NCBI GenBank assembly: GCA_047495785.1
Contig: JBLDXI010000031.1
Coordinates: 1,550,001 to 1,614,000, forward strand
DNA from: Lepidodermella squamata
Taxonomy: Eukaryota > Animalia > Gastrotricha
Reading direction: 5' to 3'
Length of the DNA stretch: 64,000 bases
Below are positions 25,620 to 38,900 of this stretch, one piece after another (the first letter of the stretch is position 1; every line of letters starts with the position of its first letter). Position numbers and translations under genes: made by a program. The notes beneath the pieces are model-generated. The model was not told the origin of the DNA. It did not search any database and saw only the letters and a list, made by a program, of their open reading frames with translations.

Positions 25620-26776
25620 ATGACAGCTGTAACAAAAGTGGCGATCAGATTTAGATTTAGCCTGGCAGTGTGTTTTCTTGTTTTGATGGCGATTTTTCTT
25701 TGGTTCAACTTTGGACATGATATCTCGTTCAAAATTACATCTAATTCTTGGGAATTCCCAGACTCAGTTTCGCCGCCGTGCTCAAACCTCCCTACCTTTG
25801 AGGTGAGAAACGAAACCTGGAAGATTCCGAAAATTCTACACCAGTCGTGGAAAAATGACACCTTGCCGGAGAACTACGCCCGGTACCGGCAGACCTGGCT
25901 CGACATGCACCCCGGCTGGCAGCACCACCTGTGGACAGATGCCGAGAACCGGCTGCTGGTTCAGTGCCACTACTCGTGGCTGCTGCCGTACTACGACGCG
26001 TTCCCCGTCGGCGTTCAACGGGCTGATATCTGCCGGCTGTTGTACGTGCATCGTTACGGCGGAATCTACGCGGATCTCGACACGGAGCCGATGAAAACTA
26101 TGGACTTGCTGCTGAGCAATTATTCAAATCAATCCGTTATTTTAAGTGAGAATTCAATATTATTTGAAAACCAGAGGCCATTATTTTATACATATTGATA
26201 GGCTACTCGAGCGAGAACTACCATTACGTGGATAACGTACCTGCGGCTTGGATGGCGTCAGCACCTGGTCACCAAATCTGGCTTCTAACAGTGCTGAAAA
26301 GTTCCTTATTGATTCAAAGTTTGCCTAAAGCTACACGGTAAGAAGAAGCAAGGCCCCGAAACCCGTAATAATCAGATTGATAATAGTTTTCCTTTTTTAG
26401 CCCCGATTACATCACCGGGCCTGCGGTGCTATGGGTGGCGTTGGATGACTATTGGCGAATGTGGAGATCTAGACTGAGCGATGCGAAAATTGGCAACAAA
26501 AGCGTTGAAACAGGACCTAGAAAGATTCGAGACATTGCCATCTTGGAACCCGGCCTCATTTTTCCTTACCGCTATTACGAGACCGAAAAACCAATCGGAA
26601 AGATTTGTCATCCCAAGAAAGCTACCTTCAACGAAACAGCTTGCAAGGCCAGCTTTCCCAACGCCTACGTCATTCAATATTCGTGCTTTTCCTGGGGCAA
26701 AGAGTGGGTCGGCTTTCTCAAGAACGCCGGCTTGAAGGAAAACACCTACTGGCATAACAAAGAGAAAAAGAAGTGA
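25620..26776 (+). CDS. GT32 (DXD) glycosyltransferase copy a, OCH1/SUR1-like; exons 25620-26145, 26203-26337, 26401-26776
   Basis: TM anchor; IPKILHQSWK, HPGWQHHLWTD, RADICRLLYVHRYGGIYADLD, WMASAPGH, TGP motifs. Confidence 0.88.
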
Positions 26777-26950
26777 AATCAAATGACGCATGTGAAAACT
26801 GATAATAAAAATCTAAAAACCCACTATTGCCGGATCTTCAATGTTCACAGCTACTGTATTATACTGTGTTATAAAATGTAGAGCGATGATGTGAAACCTA
26901 ACTTCACAACCTTTAAAAAGGTGTGGAACATCTTATTCGGAACAAATAAC

Positions 26951-27288
26951 GGGGAAAACTTTTTTATCCGACAAAATCACTTCTTTTATCCGAAATCCAA
27001 AAATGTGACTAAAATCATCCGACATGAAAATATCGATTTTCTCGATTTTCCCTGATTCGATCTTCCCGTAGGGGCATGCCTATTTTATGCACCTAATTTT
27101 GGCCCCTGAACCGGAAGAATTTAATGGTAAAAAATTTATGGCGATTAGAGTAGTCACTTTTCTACTGTAATTTTTCGAAAATATGAAAAAGCATGTCGGA
27201 TGTTTTTAGTCACATTTTTGGATTTCGGATGAAATAAGACATGTGTCGGATAAAAGAAGTCATTTGTCGGATGAAAAAAGTCTCACCC
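26951..27288. mobile_element. MITE with 8-bp TSD (caaataac)
   Basis: ~75-bp imperfect TIRs (ggg...acttttttatccgacaaa) flanked by the direct repeat caaataac. Confidence 0.65.
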
Positions 27289-27854
27289 CAAATAACGAGT
27301 CGAATGGCCCTATTAAAATAATGCCTACATTTATGTAGCATTGGCATTAGACTCGCACCTGGCGGAAGCTTGATAGAAGTCAGCCGAATTTTCAAAAACA
27401 GCGCCTGAGATATTTATTGGATGCAAAGACTCATCATAGCTGGCTTTAAGTTTAAAGCTAACGTATCACGAAACACATTATCACATTTAGAGACTTGTGA
27501 AACCTAACTTCACAACTTTTCAGAGGTATCAGCAATTCGGAACAACTTTTCGAGTAGCCCTATTTAGATCATGCATCGAAAAGCGATTTTATGTCGGTTG
27601 AATCCGTGGTCGAAAAAGGAACGCACAGCTTTCTTTAGACATTGAGGTTGACGGTACGAGCGGAACCTCTGCGCGACATGCGATGTCTATGTCGATTCAG
27701 TGGGTGCACTGCATTACTTCGCAAACGGTTACCAATAATCGACGACTGCTAAAGCTTTGATATTATGAGGCTTCAGACATTAAAGTAATTTCTCAGCCAA
27801 AGCCAATCGATTGATAAGTATTGTGTGCATTTATTACGAATTTCGCATTGAATA

Positions 27855-28101
27855 CACCAGAAAAAAAATCACCCTAATTTGGGTGATAAGAAATCGGACT
27901 TTTAGCTTGTGAAACCCCCTCAATTAGGGCCCTGTGAGTATCCTAATTCACGGATTTTCAACATTTATCTGAATTCATGCCCAAAATCACCCTAATTCAT
28001 GTAGAAAAATTCAGTTTTTTATCTGCGAAAACCATGAATTCAGATACCGAAACTAAATTCATGCTTTCGGTAGATGAATTAGGGTGTTATTTTTTCTGGT
28101 G
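27855..28101. mobile_element. CAC-terminated MITE (CMC/EnSpm-like), 2-bp TSD TA
   Basis: TIR caccagaaaaaaaatcaccctaatt; essentially identical copy at 57715-57960. Confidence 0.85.
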
Positions 28102-28317
28102 TAGGTTGTAAATTAGTTGAATATGTGTCCAATAAATAAGATTATGCGTGAAATTGTGCTTTTAAAATTTCGCGATTTTTGCAAAAATATTCGCTAAGTT
28201 ATATGCGTATCGAGGCGTGGAAACAGATAGTAATCGAGCTTTTATGTGCTCTAACATATAACGGCGATCAAAAGAGTTACCGGAGAGCTTTCTCCAAGCA
28301 CTTCTGTGTTGTGTTTA

Positions 28318-29079
28318 TGTTACGACCCAAGTCCGAAAGCGACCACGTCGCGCTCTGGTCGACCAGGATGCGACGGGCCTGCGATCTCTCTTAACAAACA
28401 CTTTTGTCGGGCTTCGGCTCGTAGGTGTCGACCGAGGTACGGTGGGCTCCAAATCGAGAACAATGGACGCGCGCGCGCGCATGAGCCAGAGCCCGACTAC
28501 GTTCGATTTCAACGTTTTACTAGTCATTCTATTTTTTATTTCCGTCGAAGCGAAGTAGAAATAATGTATTATAGGTCTATGAGCCCCTGAGCGGCGACAG
28601 CTTAAGTAAAAAAAAACAATGGAATATTTAAAAAAAAGCTCCATTATTAAACAATTACTAAACAAGCTAAACCGAAAATCGCGAGTCAGTAAATTGGCCC
28701 TGAATATAGATCGCTTGACTACAGTGCGTGAGACATACAGCTTGTGCCTTCACCATTTTTTACATTTATTTTGATTAAAAAAAATGTTCGGCCACTCAAC
28801 TCAGTCAATAAGCGCGGTCGGGCTCTGGCTAGCGCGCAAGAAGTGTGAGCCGGAGCACGGCGGGACAATGCGCGCGCGCGTCCATTGTTCTCGATTTGGA
28901 GCCCGCCGTACCTCGGTCGACACCTACGAGCCGAAGCCCGACAAAGGTGTTTGATAAGAGAGATTGCAGGCCCGTCGCATCCCGGTCGACCAGAGCGCGA
29001 CGTGGAAATCGGCTATAGCCACGTCGGGGTCTGGTCGACCAAACCGCGATGTGGTCGCTTTCGGACTTCGGTCGTAACA
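28318..29079. mobile_element. Non-autonomous TIR element with TGT...ACA ends and 4-bp TSD (Ginger-like)
   Basis: ~165-bp inverted arms (28318-28482 vs 28868-29079), flanked by ttta direct repeats. Confidence 0.7.
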
Positions 29080-29412
29080 TTTACACAATAAATAGCATTT
29101 CGAGCGGCTGAAAAGTTTTGAAATTGTTGTCTTTGTCAATAACCTCTAAGATGTGACTTCGCTGACCTACTGGTAATTGTTAGCCGTTGATCACGTGATA
29201 ATGGGCGATAGCTCAAAAAAACAAGCGTAAATCCTCTATCGAACGGTATAGTAGCCTCGTAAAAAAATTGGTGAGAATTAGACACACTGTATGTTGATAT
29301 ATTATCCAGTTCTTTATTTGATTTATGGACAGTGAAGCAGAACTAAATAACTATATCTTAGCACCCATTTAGTCTTGAGCCACTTGTCTCATTCTTCAAT
29401 GGTTTGTATAAT

Positions 29413-31262
29413 CTAGTTCGTGCCGAAGTAATCTCCCACGAACGTGTCGTTGCAATCGAACACAAATGAGATTGCTTGAAAGAAAACATTGTAATCGTTG
29501 GTTGGATTACGTATAGTCAAGTCTACGCTCTTGACATGGAGCGGAGAGCCGTCACACGGGATAGTCAAATTTGAGCTTTCAGCGATGTCAACAGGCACCG
29601 GGCGAGTTTCAATCTCGTAAAGAAGCCGAATTTTGTCGTAAGGCGCCTTGTAGACAACTCCATTCGATAGGGTAAAGTTGGCATCGATGGACAAGTGGCC
29701 TCGTTTTCCCATATGTTGCAGTCCGTGCGATATTGCCAGTCGCGGTAATTTGCATAACGCCGGGCCACAGACCACAGATTTGTGGGTGAATTTGTTGAAC
29801 TTGAAATTCATCGCCTGGTTTCTGCCGGCAGCAAGCTTGAAAAACTTGAAATAATCATTATTATGCTTCAGAGGATCGTTGTAGATGGATTTATCATTGG
29901 AGACAATCGCGTCTTCCAATCTGGTACTGCGAAATGCTCTCGGGGTAACGAATGATCCGAAGCATTCTGATTCCGCAGCTTGGCTGAGTGGACTATCTGT
30001 CATAGGCACGTTGCCAGCTTCGATGAGTTGTTGCACTGCTCTTCGCATTGATTCGATGATAAATTCCGATACCATCAAATGCGCTTGATCACCGGCGTGA
30101 CCATGGTCCTGCCGCGAGATGTACATTTCTGAAGGTATATAAAAATGATCGAAATATAAATCAGCATATTGCCGTTTAGCTTTTGAGTACATATTTGTAT
30201 GATACTATAAACGATTTACGAATTTTAAATCGTAAACTGTATACTTATAGAGATGTGAACAATTTACTCATGATATAACATACAACTGTATAAGGAATAA
30301 CGATTACACATCGTTTGGGCTGAGCGTTTTATATGATTGTCATAACTAACGTCTGCTCACCTCTTACCTCTTAATTCAGACAATTCACGCTTTGCAATGA
30401 AGTTATCGCAGAAAAAATTCGTCGACCTCACTGTAGTGACATTTGCCGCCCTCGCGAATCGAAAATGAGTGCTCCGTTCAGGATCGCCGACTTTTGAACA
30501 ATTTATTGATCCATACATCAAAGGCTTGATTGGTAGGAAATCAATATCGATGATGTGAGCGTTCGGCTGTGCAAGAGCTAGTTTTTTCAGCATCTCGGGA
30601 TAGCCCTTTTCGAATCGGCCGTCGTCATTTAGCGCGTTATCAAGCAGGATCAAATCGACAGAATCGCGTTGCGGAAGCAATTCGTCGATGCAAAAGGCAA
30701 AGAAAATGCTAGGAGTGCCACCAACGGCCAAATTATCGCAAACAACTTCAAAACCATAAGGTGTAAGTGCTGATTTGAGCCAGTTGCAAACCCTTAGCAC
30801 GTAGCCATTTTCCTGTCAAAAATTTTTGAATTTAAACGAGAATTTCTAATTGACTCAAGATTGACTTACCGGGTCTACGGCACGAGGTACCGAAGTAGAG
30901 CCTCCTAGAACTGCGACCTTGAAAATCCGCTTTTCTGGGCTTGCTAGCCAGCGAAGCTTTGGCGGATCGAATAGCCGTAGAAGGGCATTCTGAAGTTTCG
31001 TCTGATCACCGAAATGAGCGATGCCGCTGGCATAGAAGGGCTTGTAGATCGAGCTGTACGGATGGCTTTCAAGGTGACGGAGGAAAGATAATGTATCCTT
31101 ATCGAAACTCGGCAATTTAAATAGCCGGCGCAACTTCATGGCAGGTTTCTTTGTCCATGGCAGATTTGCACGGTGGTCAGTGTAACAAAGTAAAAACCAG
31201 ACAGTTGAATAAACGAGTAAAGCGAGGGCAATTAAAGTTTTATATTCGCCCAAAAGCTGCAT
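29413..31262 (-). CDS. Membrane-anchored SGNH-fold esterase/acyltransferase copy 1; exons 31262-30870, 30812-30368, 30128-29413
   Basis: Block I VAVLGGSTS, block II NLAVGG, block III LDNALND, block V DHGH (DxxH); N-terminal TM segment. Confidence 0.8.
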
Positions 31263-31514
31263 TGAACCTTTATCAGTTGGCCGGAAATTGAATGAATCAA
31301 AAAATGTTATTGTGAGTTTCGATTTAATATTTGTGCGGGCACGCGATCACCGCGGCAGGATCTTGGATATTTTTCAATATTCACGCCTGCCGCGGTGATC
31401 GCGTGCCCGCACAAATATTAAATCGAAACTCACCATGACCTTTATTTGATTCATTCAATTTCCGGTCAACTGATAAAGGTTCAATGCAGCTTTTGGGCGA
31501 ATGTAAAACTCTTT
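31234..31514. repeat. Inverted duplication (~125-bp arms, 26-bp loop) of the SGNH copy 1 promoter and start codon
   Basis: 31386-31514 is the reverse complement of 31234-31359, including ATGCAGCTTTTGGGCGAA. Confidence 0.9.
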
Positions 31515-31671
31515 CAATTTAGAGCACATCGTTCATAAATTTTATGATTAACTTTATTTTCAGAGATTCGTGAATCATTTGTCAAACCTATCTCTAGAAA
31601 GGTTGTAGATTGCAGGTTGTTACAACAATGCTCAGGCATTTTGGAATAAAAAGCCTTGTATTTCCAACAAC

Positions 31672-32592
31672 CAGGAAACAACCCGCTCGACAACTGCGCA
31701 ACGCTCACCTCAGTGACTTTGATTTGATTTGATTTGATTTCTTCAGTAAATCACAGGTCTTGTTAAATCAATCATTCCAAATCAAATCGCCCAAAAATCC
31801 ATGGTAAATCAATCAAATCAAATCATCAGACCAGTCTAAATCAAATCAATTCAAATCTTTTGCCCAGCGAAATATAAGTATTAGTGTACATTTCTAGAGA
31901 TTCGTTCACACTTTAAGGTTGGTTATGGCAGAATGAGTCTAAAAGTAGTTATAATGCTCCAGACATTGGAAAACAGGTGTTTTCGAGGCAAATGTGAGTT
32001 CTAATGTTTAGCAACAGGGGGAGTCCCGAGAGTGTTGAATACTCTAAATCATTGTAAATCAAGGGGGCTAAATCATTTGCAAATCAAATCATCTTGAAAT
32101 TCTGTAAATCAAATCATCAGTAAATCAAATCAGCAAAAAATGGCCTAAATCAAATCAAATCACAATCAAATCAAATCAAATCAAAGTCTCTGGCTCACCT
32201 CACCTTCGAGCTTCCTAAAGCTCGAATCGACTACGGCAAAGCTCGTCTCAGCTACCGAGGACCGGCTTTGTTCAACTCTCTGCCCATCTACTTTCACTGC
32301 ACACAGCACAAACCTATTGGCATTCTCGAATACGACGGCACTTTGCCTGATTGTAAATGCGGCATGAAAGCCTGCTCAACCGCCAACGATTGCCGTCAAC
32401 TTGTATATAAACATCTTTTAAATTGTTGATTATTTTGTCTATTTGTTGATTTAATGTCCTATTTTGTTTTGACTGATGACCTGGCCTGAACTGACTTCTA
32501 TTCTCTGCACGAAACATTTTAGAAATGCACCTTTTCCACGTCGAGCTCTCAACTATGGGATAATGCTCAATAAATAAATAAATAAATAAATA
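31672..32592 (+). mobile_element. 5'-truncated non-LTR retrotransposon (CR1/L2-like 3' end) with (TAAA)n tail
   Basis: TSD aacaac; encodes ...LPKARIDYGKARLSYRGPALFNSLP, typical of an ORF2 C-terminus; absent from paralogue c. Confidence 0.7.
31711..32192. mobile_element. hAT-type MITE nested in the LINE fragment, rich in (AAATC)n
   Basis: TIR cag(t/a)gactttgatttgatttg; 8-bp TSD gctcacct. Confidence 0.85.
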
Positions 32593-34050
32593 AACAACTT
32601 GCATGCTCGTTCTAGTCACTTTGAATGGCTTTAACGATGACAATTCATTGAAAATTCCATCAGTCGAGCGATTGCTAGCTTGGAAATCAGCCTCGCTTCT
32701 GTGCTCAAACCTGCCTACCTGAGGTGAGAAACGGAACTTGGAAGATTCCGAGAATTCTCCACCAGTCGTGGAAAAATGACACCTTGCCAGAGAACTACGC
32801 TCGGTACCGACAGACCTGGCTCGACATGCACCCCGGCTGGCAGCACCACCTGTGGACAGATGCCGAGAACCGGCTGCTGGTTCAGTGCCACTACTCGTGG
32901 CTGCTGCCGTACTACGACGCGTTCCCCGTCGGCGTTCAACGGGCTGATATCTGCCGCTTGTTGTACATGCACCGATACGGCGGAGTCTACGCCGATCTCG
33001 ATACTGAGCCGATGAAAACTATGGACTTGCTGCTAAGCAATTATTCAAATCAATCCGTTATTTTGAGTGAGTATTCTTGCAAAGTGACGATGAAAATGCG
33101 TCTCAAGAAACATCTGAAAATCAAAACTTGTCGTTCTTGCGACCAAACCAGCTAATTTTTCACCTGCTGTCCCCATTTATACCAAGCCATTTTCGCATAC
33201 CAAAATTCAGCCTCAAATCAAAATAGATTACAATCTCGAACAATGTACTCACTGAAGTTTCATGATTCAACAACAGGTTATATGAGCAAAGATTACAAGA
33301 AGGAGGATAACGTACAAGCAGCTTGGATAGCGTCGGCGCCCGGGCACCATATCTGGCTCCTAACGGTGCTGAAAAGTTCCTTGTTGATTCAAAGTTTGCC
33401 AAAAGCTACACGGTGATTATTTTTAGTGCTTTCTCCATGAAATACAATTTTCCAGTTTTTAGACCTGACTATATTACGGGGCCCACAGTTTATGGGTGGC
33501 GTTGGACGACTATTGGTGATTGTGGAGATCTAAATTGAGCGATGCGAAAATCGGCACCGAAAGTGTTGCCAAAGGGCCCAAAAGGATTCGAGACATTGCC
33601 ATGCTGGAGCCTGGCCTCATTTTCCCCTACCACTTCTACGACTTCGACAACCCCATCGGAAAGATTTGCGATTCTCACAGCCCGACATTCAACGCGACGG
33701 CTTGCAAAGCCAGTTTTCCAAATGCCTATGCCATTCAATACGCCGGTTATTCGTGGGCAGGAGAATGGAATGGTTTTCTCAAGGCTGCTGGCTTGAAAGA
33801 GATTGATTACAATGAGAAAAAAGAGAAATAATTTTATTGAGACACATCCTCGTCGGAATATATTCGTGACATTAAAGAATAATAACTATATGTATACTAT
33901 GGAATGAAGAATACTGTAAATGAAAATAAAGGCGTGAAACAGCGAAATGCGTGATCTGTTAGTGCCAACTGCTAACCTGGCTACAAAATATGTTCCAGCC
34001 GATATTGAGCCTGACAATATTGATGCCTGCCCATCTGGCCTACATGTATA

Positions 34051-35359
34051 CAGTGCTCCCTCGCTAAGTGCACCCTGGCTCTGTGCAATTCCCTCGTTAT
34101 CTGCCACACTTTTACAGCCCCCGCAAAATTGGTAATTAAATAATTTTTATTAGCGAAAGAAAAAACTATTTACAAGATTTAATTTATTAAGGTTCAAGAA
34201 AATGGCTTCATTAGCAACGCTGGCTGTGCCACAGCTTTTTTAGCAATGAAAAGGCGGTGCCGGTTAAGCTTGTATCGACGCGGGGAATTTCAACAGCTAA
34301 TTTGTTGTTTTTCAAATAATTTTGGTATCTAATAAGGAAGATTATCCCATTGATAAAGGCCGGCCTAAATTAGATGGAATTAGCTGAAGGCGATAATCGT
34401 TTCACATGCCTAATTATTAATCCGGCAGTTTTAGGCTTTAGGCGACGTGATCTCTCGATCTTTACATATCAGCTTTTTTTTGTCTCAGATCATTGAGAGA
34501 GCGATTGATAGTGTGCACGCGTCTGACTTATTCGTGATTTTTTTTCATTCACAACTACTGTAATCTCATTGATGGAACGGTGGATAGTGGATGATTTGAT
34601 GGGTTGGCAAATTGAAGTGCTTTACGATGCTGTTCAGCTTGAAAGTCAATTGTAAATTGATTGATTAATCAGACCTTATGATCTTGAATTCGTTTTAACA
34701 AATAGTTCAGCAGAAAAGCTCATTGATAGATGTATAATTTGAACTTAACCTAGCTGGCTAATCCCGGTAGAATGCGGCTCAAATCAGTTTTAAGTTACTA
34801 GTTTTAAGGTTTAAATTTAATAAGTTTTAAGGAATAATTTATCATCACAAATGCTTAGATTTTTGCTACTCTTGAAAAAATTGGCGTGGCAATATTAGCA
34901 CATAATTTTAATAGCGCAATAATCTCGAATTTATTCGAGCACTCATTCAGCTTTAAATTTTGACACGACAATAACTACCAGCCCGAATTAAAAATCATTT
35001 CGCTATTGATAATCATGAGAAAAGCCACCTGATTACCATAATTGCACCAAAAGGCCAAAGGCCATTGATCCGAAACAAGATCCAAATGACCGAAATGACC
35101 CAACGATCATTTTCAATTCATATTAATAGCAACTGATGCTTTTAAGAAAAAAATGCGAATCCTTAAAAAGTTTTATCGGGCTTGGTTTTAGATATGGCTA
35201 ACCACTAAAAAAAATGTCTCCTTAGCAACTAAGGAAAAAACGCATATATCTACGCACTTATGATTCATCGCTAGCTCTTTAATAGCCCTCGTTAGCTGCA
35301 TCCCTAGATAAGTGCACGACCCACAGCCCCGACCCCGTGCACTAATCGAGGGAGCACTG
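34051..35359. mobile_element. Non-autonomous Tc1/mariner (pogo/Tigger-like) element
   Basis: TIR cagtgctccctcg..agtgcac, TA TSD; empty site at ~54865 in the paralogous segment. Confidence 0.8.
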
Positions 35360-35957
35360 TATTGTATATCATGAATCGCAATTGAAATTTCGAACAAAAA
35401 TTCTGTTTGCTAGATAGGCGATGTTGAGTCACCTGTTGAAAAATAATGAAGATTGCGGCTACTAATAATAAGCCGTACATAAACTGGCTGGTTCATGCGA
35501 GAAAAATAAAGTACTCGTTTTTTAACACCATTCACCATTTATTGGTCACCAATAGCGCCAGAAATTTTTATTATTATGAGCCATCAACTCCGATCTAAAG
35601 TTCAATTCCGCATTCATAGGATATCAATGTCAAACTGAGGGAACCGTTATGTTCAAAAAGTATTTATCGTTCTCTCGGTTTGTGATTCTTTTCAGCCACT
35701 CTTCCATCTCCATGAACAAGCTGCGTGATAGGTTTGTCTTGCAAGCTGCGTCAGACTCGATAGCTTTTCCTGTAGGGCAAATGGCAAGGGTTTTATCGGG
35801 GCTGAGTTCGATGGGTGATAACTGATAACTTACTTAGCAGGCCTTCGAAACCAGCGAGCCGGATGATCAAGCAGTGGTTGTCGTTGAGACCAGCTGAGAA
35901 AATCAAACTGTCGAGTGATTCCATGAAAATGCCTGCGCCGAAAAGAATCGGCTTATA

Positions 35958-38900
35958 CAGGGTGTTCTTTTTAAAACCGAACATCCTGCCGTAGTCGCGA
36001 AAACTAAATTTGCCGGCTATTTTACAAAAATAATTTTACTAAAATAATTTTTTATCACTTTTAATATAAATTTTTAATTTTATTTTCAATTGCACGATGC
36101 CCTTGAATTTTAGCGCGCGTTGCCACGTCGACGCGTCGGTTTTTAAATTTTAGCGGTTAAAACGCCTGAAATCAGGGTTTTCGCGCCTGGTTCCTAAGGT
36201 AACCGGCAAGCGCGCGGCTCCTTGCCGCGCATCATTCAAGTCAGTTAAGCGAGCTAAATGTTTTAGCCGCGCCGTTTTTTCTTATTCGGTCTCAGTTTTC
36301 GCAATGTGGTATACCCAAAATCGGTGAAAAGAGCCTTAAATTGCGCTTCCTTGCCGTTGAAATCCACCGCTGGAATCAAGAAGACGGCGGTGCAACGTGG
36401 TTTTCTGCTGTCTTGAGGAGTCTAATGATATAACAAGCGGCCTTGAAAACTTGTCGCTCAAGTTTCAGTCCGCGGATCAGAGAAACGCACCCTTTTCTGG
36501 GCGAAATGCATGCAACTAGCTGTTTCACGATGAAAAGGGCAGTGGTATCATGTAAATAAACGGAAAGCTGGGGGGAAACATGTCGAATTTACTGGCATAG
36601 ATGTTGCTGATGCGGAAGAGACGTTGCCTTCCTTCTTTATCCTTGATGCTCTCTCATCCTTGTGTGATACTTCGTCGTCCGCAGTGAAGCCGTAACTAAC
36701 TTCTATAGACTAATTAAAGCTGATCTCAAAGGCGTTACCACCGTTATCATCAAAGCTGTCTCGTAGAACATGTTCATAATATCAAAAAGAAAAAATACAA
36801 GGTATTTTAGATTACGATGATTTAGCCGCTCAGTTCATTTCGTTTACTGCTGTTCGTAACATCAGTCATGTTCCTTACTAAGGATAGTGGTTTACAAGTC
36901 AGCGTAGCTTGGTGCTTAGTAAGGACTGTCATTCTTATAGTCATAACTATGGACACTCACTCTTCACTCTACGCCGCGTCTTTTAAGATGCACAGGTCCA
37001 TCTGAGATCAGATCCTTAGATCGCTCAGTCTGAAGCGGCGAAGTCTGAGTAAGGATTGTTGAGTAAGCCATTCCTACCAAGCATACCAGTGACACCGCGT
37101 CCTTACTTGGAAGCCATCTTGCTAAGGATGTCTTGCTTAGTAAGGAATTCCTTATAGCAAAATTGCTTTCAAGTAAAGAGAGCGCTTAGCATCTCTTTTA
37201 CTCATAAATGCATCCTTAACATCCATAGCATGGAAAATAATCAACATCGCTAGGCTATGAACAGCCGTTTATTTGCACCATTCAGATCAAGTTGAGTGTT
37301 TAACAAAACGTCATGTATACTTTAACATCATTGGCAGCATCCGGCGCGCGGCGTGAGTCGTTAAGAGTGAGAATTTAGCATCATTTTCGGCGAAAAATTC
37401 ATTGGTATCACTGGATCCGCCGGAGATTTGAAAACAGCCGATGACTGAGACAACGCTTAGGACTGATAACCGAGATCTTATTCAGACATTGATCACTCGT
37501 TTGCGGCGGCGCAGGGCAGCGGCGGGAATATTCCGTGGTGATGCCCGTGTCCTGTCATCCATTTCCCTGCGGTAACCGCAGTTGCTGGCGGGTGTAACTG
37601 TTTGTGAGACTGCGGTAACAAAGCAAGTTTAACGCCACGCCAGTCTTTGTCTTTTATATGCATCCCTTTGATCTCTGATTCTACGCGTCCTGTAAGAACA
37701 GTCCAGCATTCTCGCATAGATTTCTCGCATAGATAGTTTCTTGTAATATTTTAGTGGTAAACTATTTGATTGATGTAACTTCAAGCGCAATAAATCTCAA
37801 TAATATAACGCGCCCCACCCGCTGAATTTCCCGGAGAAATAGAAGAATAAGCGAAAACAAACGATTTCAAACCTTAGCCCTAATGCGGCCGCTGAAAACC
37901 AGTAGCAGCGGCTGAAATGTGTCAACGGGTAAAGTCTTTTGCAGAATTTTAACACGATTAAAGCTATATATTCACACAATGCCTAAAATTCATGCATCGA
38001 CGTCATATGGCCCCATAAATCACGAAGGATGGCGGCTACACCGCGTTGAAACGTCCTCTAACAAGGATGGTATGGTATCAGAAAGCCGACCCAGCGCTCG
38101 AGTTAGGGCGGCAACACCAGCATTTTTCTGCTTTATTGTCAAACTGACATCTTCTCTTAGCAAGTTCACTTATGTTGGCAAAAATTTACCCGCTAAATTA
38201 TTTGCTACGACCAAAAATATTCCGAAAAACCCGAAAAAACCCGAAAAATGCATGCCAAGCCACATAAAGCGGAAAACCGCGTTGTCCAACCTAAAAGTAA
38301 TGGTAACTAAGAAATATACAGTTTATTCTACAAGAAAACCATGAGAAAGATTGTTCTTACCAGATTATTTCATGAAATGGGCTATCCTTAAGGTTGCTCA
38401 TCTGACTCAATGATGACGTCAAACCAGAGTGTGTAGGGCAGACGAAAGTCGATCCTGCGCTCGAATTACGGCTGCAACACTAGCTTTTTTCTGCTTTGTC
38501 GTCATATTGATATAGTCTCCAAGCAAAATCACCCAATTTTACCCATATCTGACCGTTGATTATTTCCCAGCATCAATAAATGTTCCGATAAACCCGAATA
38601 ACTCCATTTTAACGTCTAAATGCATCCTAAGCCGTAAAACGACAAAAACCACGGTGACCCCCCAAAAAGACATGGTAACTAAGAAATTTACACTCTATTC
38701 TACCAGAAAACAATGAGTAACAATGCTAATTAAGCAAAATTCATGACATGGACCATCTTGAAGATCGTTCATCTGGCCAGAGGTTGAGATCTAACACAGC
38801 AGGTATGGCAGAAGGAAGTCCCTCCTGCTCACGAGTTAGTATGGCAACACCGACTTTTTCTTGTTTCATTGTCAAAGTATTTATGTCTCCTAGTGAATTC

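Larger units (their letters stand above)
31628..33831 (+). pseudogene. GT32 glycosyltransferase copy b, disrupted
   Basis: Relative to copy c: LINE insertion after codon ~15, 2-bp deletion at ~32720, 1-bp deletion at ~33490, CGA>TGA at ~33517. Confidence 0.85.

Noticed and set aside
31711-32192. (AAATC)n array considered as a CRISPR-like or telomeric repeat
   Set aside because: No repeat-spacer structure; it is bounded by TIRs and an 8-bp TSD, so it is a MITE
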